In this document: positions 49,201-53,856 of the stretch, piece by piece
Layout: each line of letters begins with the position of its first letter
Position numbering within the stretch: the stretch's first letter is position 1
NCBI GenBank assembly: GCA_041178265.1
Contig: JBEGVR010000163.1
Span: forward strand, 1 to 53,856
Source: Pseudomonadota bacterium
GTDB taxonomy: Bacteria > Pseudomonadota > Gammaproteobacteria > Burkholderiales > Burkholderiaceae_C
Direction of reading: 5' to 3'
DNA: 53,856 bases
Made by a program: the position numbers and the translations under genes
The notes under the pieces: model-generated
Databases searched by the model: none
What the model was told of the DNA's origin: nothing
Seen by the model: only the letters and a program-made list of their open reading frames with translations

Positions 49201-51263
49201 AGCGGCTGCACGTCGACCAGGCAGTCGTAGAACACCGGGGCGCGTCCCAGGTCCGTGAGCTTCTGGCTGGTCAACTCGTTGACGTTGGTGCCGCGCAGTC
49301 CGAGCTTGCGCCACCAGATGCCCAGGCCGTTGACGACGCCGGGGCGTGCGCGGTCAGACACCAGGGCCTTGCAGTGGTAGTCGCCGCGGTCGTTGAAGAC
49401 GCGCACCACGCTGCCTGAGGCGATGCCCCGCGCGTCGGCATCGTGGGCGCTGATCTCCAGCACCGGCTCGCCCTCGATGTCACGCAGGCTCTTGACGTTG
49501 ACGAAGCTGGAATTGAGGAAGCGGCGCGCGGGCGGCGAGATCATGGCCAGGGGGTAGTGCGGGCTGCTGCCAGCCACCTCGTGGTTCGGAAGGTGATCGG
49601 GCAGGCCGTCCAGGCCCTGCCGTGCCAGGCGCTCGCTGAAAAATTCGCAGCGACCCGAGAGCGTGGGAAAGTTACCCTCTGCGAAGGGCGCATCGGGCAC
49701 CGGCAAGGGCGCGAAACCCTGCGCCAGGAGCAGGTCGAAGTCGACGGACTCGCCAAAGGCGCTTCGGCACAGGCTTTCATCGTCCTCGGTGAAGCACGGG
49801 TCGGTGTACCCCATGCGCGCCGCCAGTCGCCGGAAGATCTCGGTGTTCGGCAGGGCCTGCCCCATCGGCGCGATCGCCGGGCGATTGAGCAGGACGTCGG
49901 TATGACCGTAGGTGGCGTGGATGTCCCAGTGCTCCAGCTGTGTGGTGGCCGGCAAGATGTAGTCGGCGTGGTCGGCGGTATCGGTGTGGAAATGCTCCAG
50001 GACCACGGTGAAGAGGTCCTCGCGGGCAAAGCCGCGGACCACCCGGCCTGAATCGGGCGCAACGGCCACCGGGTTGCTGTTGTAGACGACGAGCGCCTCC
50101 AGGCGCGGGCCGAAGGCGGGCGAAGCTGCACGCAGCAGGTCGTCGCCGATGGTGCTCATGTTGATCGTGCGGGGCTGGCGGCCCGCCAGCAGGTCGGGGC
50201 GCTGCAGCCGGTCGCGCCGCGCAGGAAAGCGGCCCGAGTTGGACATCAGCAGACCGCCGGCACGATGCCGCCAGGCACCCGTGAGCGCGGGCAGGCAGGC
50301 GATGGCGCGGGTCGCATTGCCGCCACCGCGCACGCGCTGCATGCCGTAGTTCAGGCGGATCGCGGCGGGCTCGGTGGTGCCGTAGTCGCGGGCCAGCGCG
50401 CGGATCTGCGATGCAGGCACGCCGCAGACCACCGCTGCGCGCTCCGCAGGCCACTGCAAGGCGCGTTCGCGCAGCGCCTCCCATCCCAGCGTGTGGCGGG
50501 CAATGTAATCGTGGTCCAGCCAGTCGTGCGCAATGAGTTCGTGCATCAGCGCGAAGGCCAGGGCCGCATCGGTACCGGGCTGGATCTGCACGTGCTCGTC
50601 GCATTTCTCCGCGGTCTCGCTGCGGCGCGGATCGATACATACGAGCCGGGCCCCGTTACGGCTGGCCTGCTGCGCCAGGCGCCAGAAATGCAGGTTGCTG
50701 ACGATGGAATTGCTGCCCCAGATCAGAATCAGGCGCGACTCGGCGAAGAATTCCACCTTCATGCCTACCTTGGCGCCCAGGGTGTGGGTCAGGCCCTCGC
50801 CACCGGCGGAGGAGCAGATGGTGCGATCGAGCAGCGAGGCGCCCAGTCGGTGAAAGAAGCGCGCCGCCATCGACTCGCCCTGCACCAGGCCCATGGTGCC
50901 CGCGTAGCTGTAAGGCAGGATGGCCTGCGGGTCGCGCGCGGCAATGGCAGACAGGCGGGCAGCGATGTTGCCCAAGGCCTCGTCCCAGCCCACAGGCTCG
51001 AAATGACCCGCGCCCTTGGGGCCGGTGCGGCGCAAGGGCGTGAGCACGCGCTCGGGGTGGTGCGTGCGTTCGGCATAGCGCGAGACCTTGGTGCACAGCA
51101 CACCCGCCGTCATGGGATGTGCCGGGTTGCCGCGGACCTCGGTGGCGACACCGCCCTCGACCGTGGTCAACAGGGCGCAGGTGTCGGGGCAATCATGCGG
51201 GCAGGCGCCCCGTACGGTCCGGACATCGTCCCCCGTCGCGGCGTGTGGGTCTCGACCTCCCAT
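49197..51263 (-). CDS. Molybdopterin oxidoreductase, DMSO reductase superfamily, uncharacterised subgroup
   Basis: [4Fe-4S] motif CPHDCPDTC...LCTK, DRTICSSAG, PGTDAAL, TDTADHADYILPAT, C-terminal molydopterin-binding domain; no Tat signal seen. Confidence 0.92.
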   Translation of the reverse strand: MGGRDPHAATGDDVRTVRGACPHDCPDTCALLTTVEGGVATEVRGNPAHPMTAGVLCTKVSRYAERTHHPERVLTPLRRTGPKGAGHFEPVGWDEALGNIAARLSAIAARDPQAILPYSYAGTMGLVQGESMAARFFHRLGASLLDRTICSSAGGEGLTHTLGAKVGMKVEFFAESRLILIWGSNSIVSNLHFWRLAQQASRNGARLVCIDPRRSETAEKCDEHVQIQPGTDAALAFALMHELIAHDWLDHDYIARHTLGWEALRERALQWPAERAAVVCGVPASQIRALARDYGTTEPAAIRLNYGMQRVRGGGNATRAIACLPALTGAWRHRAGGLLMSNSGRFPARRDRLQRPDLLAGRQPRTINMSTIGDDLLRAASPAFGPRLEALVVYNSNPVAVAPDSGRVVRGFAREDLFTVVLEHFHTDTADHADYILPATTQLEHWDIHATYGHTDVLLNRPAIAPMGQALPNTEIFRRLAARMGYTDPCFTEDDESLCRSAFGESVDFDLLLAQGFAPLPVPDAPFAEGNFPTLSGRCEFFSERLARQGLDGLPDHLPNHEVAGSSPHYPLAMISPPARRFLNSSFVNVKSLRDIEGEPVLEISAHDADARGIASGSVVRVFNDRGDYHCKALVSDRARPGVVNGLGIWWRKLGLRGTNVNELTSQKLTDLGRAPVFYDCLVDVQPL

Positions 51264-51268
51264 GGGCT

Positions 51269-52453
51269 TCAGCCGATGGCGCGGCTGGCCGCCAGCCCGC
51301 GCAGGAAAGCCTGGCATCGTGCGAGCTGCTCCAGGCTCACGTATTCGTCGGGCTGGTGGGCCTGCTCGATGCTGCCGGGGCCGCAGACCACGGTGGGAAT
51401 GCCGGCGGTCTTGAACAGGCCCGCCTCGGTGCCGAAGGCCACCTGCGTCACCCGGCGCTCGCCGGCCAGGCGCTGCGCCAGGCGGGTGACGGCATCGTCG
51501 GCCGACCCCTGGAAGGCCGGCACCTCGCAGAGGGTCTCGAAGGAAAAGCCCGCATCGGGCGTGACCCGCTTCATGGCCGGCTCCAGGGAGCGGGCGTGGG
51601 CCACGAGTTCGGCCTGCATGGCGCGGGCATCCGCAGTGGGCAGGTCACGGAATTCATAGCGGAATTCGGCATCGCGCGGTACCACGTTGTCGGCAATGCC
51701 GCCGTGGAACTGCCCCACGCTGGCCGTGGAAAACGGCACGTCAAAACCTTCGCAGCGGGGTTCCTCGCGCTCGAAGCGTTCGGCCATGTCGCGCAGCTTG
51801 CCGACCACGCGCGCCGCCATCTCGATCGCGTTGACCGACTGCGGCGTGAGCGAGGAATGTGCCTCCTTGCCCCGCACGCAGCAGCGATACCGCCACACGC
51901 CCTTGTGGGCGATGGCCGGCACCATGTTCGTGGGTTCGCCCACGATGCAGGCCAGGGGCCGGATGCCAGCGTCGCGCAGGTCGGCGATGAGTTCCTTGAC
52001 CCCGAAGCAACCGACCTCTTCGTCGAAACTCAGGGCCAGGTGGACGGCGAACGGCGCGTCGCTCTCCAGGAAGTGGCGGGCGTGGGCCACGGCCAGGCCG
52101 ATGAAACCCTTCATGTCGGCCGAGCCGCGGCCATACAGGCGGCCCTCGCGCACCGTGCCAGCCAGGGGGTCGTCCTGCCAGGCCTGGCCGTCCCAGGGGA
52201 CGGTGTCGGTATGCCCGGACAGGATCACACCGGCCGGCTTGCCCTCGCCCAGGGTGGCGAAGAGGTTGGCCTTGGACTTGTCGGCGCTGTGGGTCAGGCG
52301 CGCGGGCACCCCCAGCCTGGCCAGTTCGTCGCGCACGAAGTGGATCAACTCAAGGTTGGAGCGGGCGCTGACGGTGTTCATGCGAACCAAAGTCTGAACC
52401 AGCTCCAGGGCGTGGGGGTCGAGCGCGCCGGGCGCAGCGGTCATGGCGGTCAT
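51269..52453 (-). CDS. argE: Acetylornithine deacetylase
   Basis: LSGHTDTVP, YGRGSADMKG, DEEVGC, VGEPT, GTEAG, AHQPDE. Confidence 0.9.
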   Translation of the reverse strand: MTAMTAAPGALDPHALELVQTLVRMNTVSARSNLELIHFVRDELARLGVPARLTHSADKSKANLFATLGEGKPAGVILSGHTDTVPWDGQAWQDDPLAGTVREGRLYGRGSADMKGFIGLAVAHARHFLESDAPFAVHLALSFDEEVGCFGVKELIADLRDAGIRPLACIVGEPTNMVPAIAHKGVWRYRCCVRGKEAHSSLTPQSVNAIEMAARVVGKLRDMAERFEREEPRCEGFDVPFSTASVGQFHGGIADNVVPRDAEFRYEFRDLPTADARAMQAELVAHARSLEPAMKRVTPDAGFSFETLCEVPAFQGSADDAVTRLAQRLAGERRVTQVAFGTEAGLFKTAGIPTVVCGPGSIEQAHQPDEYVSLEQLARCQAFLRGLAASRAIG

Positions 52454-52539
52454 GGTGTCATTCTGGCCCAGTTCGCAGGCCCGGGTAGCGGCGCGGCTAG
52501 ACTGGCATATTCCTCCCCAGACACGCTGCGGCCCTGCCC

Positions 52540-53742
52540 ATGAAAATCATCGACTCCATCGCCACCCAGGCTTCGACCATCGCGGCGCTGCGCCGCGACC
52601 TGCACGCCCACCCCGAGCTGTGCTTCGAGGAAAAGCGCACCGCCGACCTCGTGGCCGCCAAACTCACCGAATGGGGCATTCCCATTCATCGCGGCCTGGG
52701 CACCACCGGTGTGGTGGGCATCCTCAAAGGCGGCACCAGTGACCGTGCCATCGGCCTGCGCGCCGACATGGACGCCCTGCCCATGCAGGAGTTCAACACC
52801 TTCGCGCATGCCAGCCGCCACGCCGGCAAGATGCACGCCTGCGGCCACGACGGCCATACCGCCATGCTGCTGGCGGCGGCCCAGCACCTGGCCGCCCACC
52901 GCAACTTCGATGGCACCGTCTACCTGATCTTCCAGCCGGCCGAAGAAGGCGGCGGCGGGGCGCGCGAAATGATCCAGGACGGTCTGTTCGAAAAATTTCC
53001 CATGGAGGCCGTCTTCGGCATGCACAACTGGCCCGGCATGCCGGTAGGCCACTTCGCCCTGAGCCCCGGGCCGGTGATGGCCTCGGCCAGCGAGTTCAAG
53101 ATCACGATCCGCGGCAAGGGCTGCCATGCCGCCCTGCCCCACAACGGCATCGACCCGGTGCCCGTGGCCTGCCAGATGGTGCAGGCCTTCCAGACCATCA
53201 TCACCCGCAACAAGAAGCCGGTGGATGCAGGCGTGATCTCGGTCACCATGATCCACGCCGGCGAGGCCACCAACGTGGTCCCCGACAGCTGCGAGTTGCG
53301 GGGCACCGTACGCACCTTCACGATGGAGGTGCTGGACCTGATCGAGCGGCGCATGCGCCAGGTGGCCGAGCACGTGTGCGCGGCGCATGACGCGGTGTGC
53401 GAATTCGAGTTCGAGCGCAACTACCCGCCCACCCTGAACAGCGAGGCGGAGACGCGGTTCGCACGCGACGTGCTGGCCAGCATCGTGGGTGCCGGCAATG
53501 TGCGCCCCCAGGAACCCACCATGGGCGCCGAGGACTTCGCCTTCATGCTGCAGGCCAAGCCAGGCGCCTATTGCTTCATCGGCAACGGCGACGGCGCCCA
53601 CCGTGAGATCGGCCACGGCGGCGGGCCCTGCATGCTGCACAACCCGAGCTACGACTTCAACGACGAGTTGATCCCGCTGGGTGCGACCCTGTGGGTGCGC
53701 CTGGCCGAAGCCTGGCTCGCACAGTCGCCACGCAGATCATGA
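52540..53742 (+). CDS. M20 aminoacylase family amidohydrolase (HipO-like)
   Basis: RRDLHAHPEL, LRADMDALP, MHACGHDGH, FQPAEE, GAEDF, LHNPSYDFND. Confidence 0.94.
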   Translation: MKIIDSIATQASTIAALRRDLHAHPELCFEEKRTADLVAAKLTEWGIPIHRGLGTTGVVGILKGGTSDRAIGLRADMDALPMQEFNTFAHASRHAGKMHACGHDGHTAMLLAAAQHLAAHRNFDGTVYLIFQPAEEGGGGAREMIQDGLFEKFPMEAVFGMHNWPGMPVGHFALSPGPVMASASEFKITIRGKGCHAALPHNGIDPVPVACQMVQAFQTIITRNKKPVDAGVISVTMIHAGEATNVVPDSCELRGTVRTFTMEVLDLIERRMRQVAEHVCAAHDAVCEFEFERNYPPTLNSEAETRFARDVLASIVGAGNVRPQEPTMGAEDFAFMLQAKPGAYCFIGNGDGAHREIGHGGGPCMLHNPSYDFNDELIPLGATLWVRLAEAWLAQSPRRS

Positions 53743-53856
53743 GTGCCGCCGACGCCTTCGCGCAGACCTACGCCGAGGCGCACGGCAAGTTCGTCGCGGC
53801 CGCCGAGGCGGCCGATCTCGACGTCCACAGCCACCCGTATCCGATGCTCGGCCGCG
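53739..53856 (+). CDS. 5' fragment of a probable DUF2817/M14-type metallopeptidase
   Basis: ATGA overlap with the previous stop; MSAADAFAQTYAEAHGKFVAAA... resembles the family's N-terminal FS.SY.EAR.KF motif. Only 39 codons visible. Confidence 0.6.
   Translation, partial: MSAADAFAQTYAEAHGKFVAAAEAADLDVHSHPYPMLGR

Overview
High-GC betaproteobacterial chromosomal DNA. Gene content and protein sequences look like Burkholderiales, probably Comamonadaceae. About 55 CDS tile the window. I found no tRNA, rRNA, CRISPR array, IS or integrase. Most of it is core housekeeping: tatD-like, lolCD, recJ, dcd, htpX, pyrC, a gltIJKL-type ABC transporter, an ATM1-type exporter, a beta-oxidation operon with a FadP-like TetR and operator, slmA, a TctDE-like two-component pair, argB, rfbBD and argE. 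Four accessory-looking elements stand out. (1) An operon of a membrane-anchored PDZ-less trypsin-like protease, MoxR, DUF58 and vWA. (2) A coxG-M-S-L-like molybdenum hydroxylase with a non-CODH active-site loop (QYRGVGHP), divergent from a TetR and a TRAP transporter whose binding protein has His where the carboxylate-binding Arg is expected; a double operator lies between them. (3) A lone STAND-like ATPase-wHTH gene preceded by an AT-rich tract with a perfect 14-bp inverted repeat. (4) A coiled-coil/XRE-HTH gene behind a very AT-rich promoter. Several palindromic sites were read directly from intergenic DNA. All family calls come from motif recognition without database searches. Start codons were re-chosen by eye where the ORF track over-extends.
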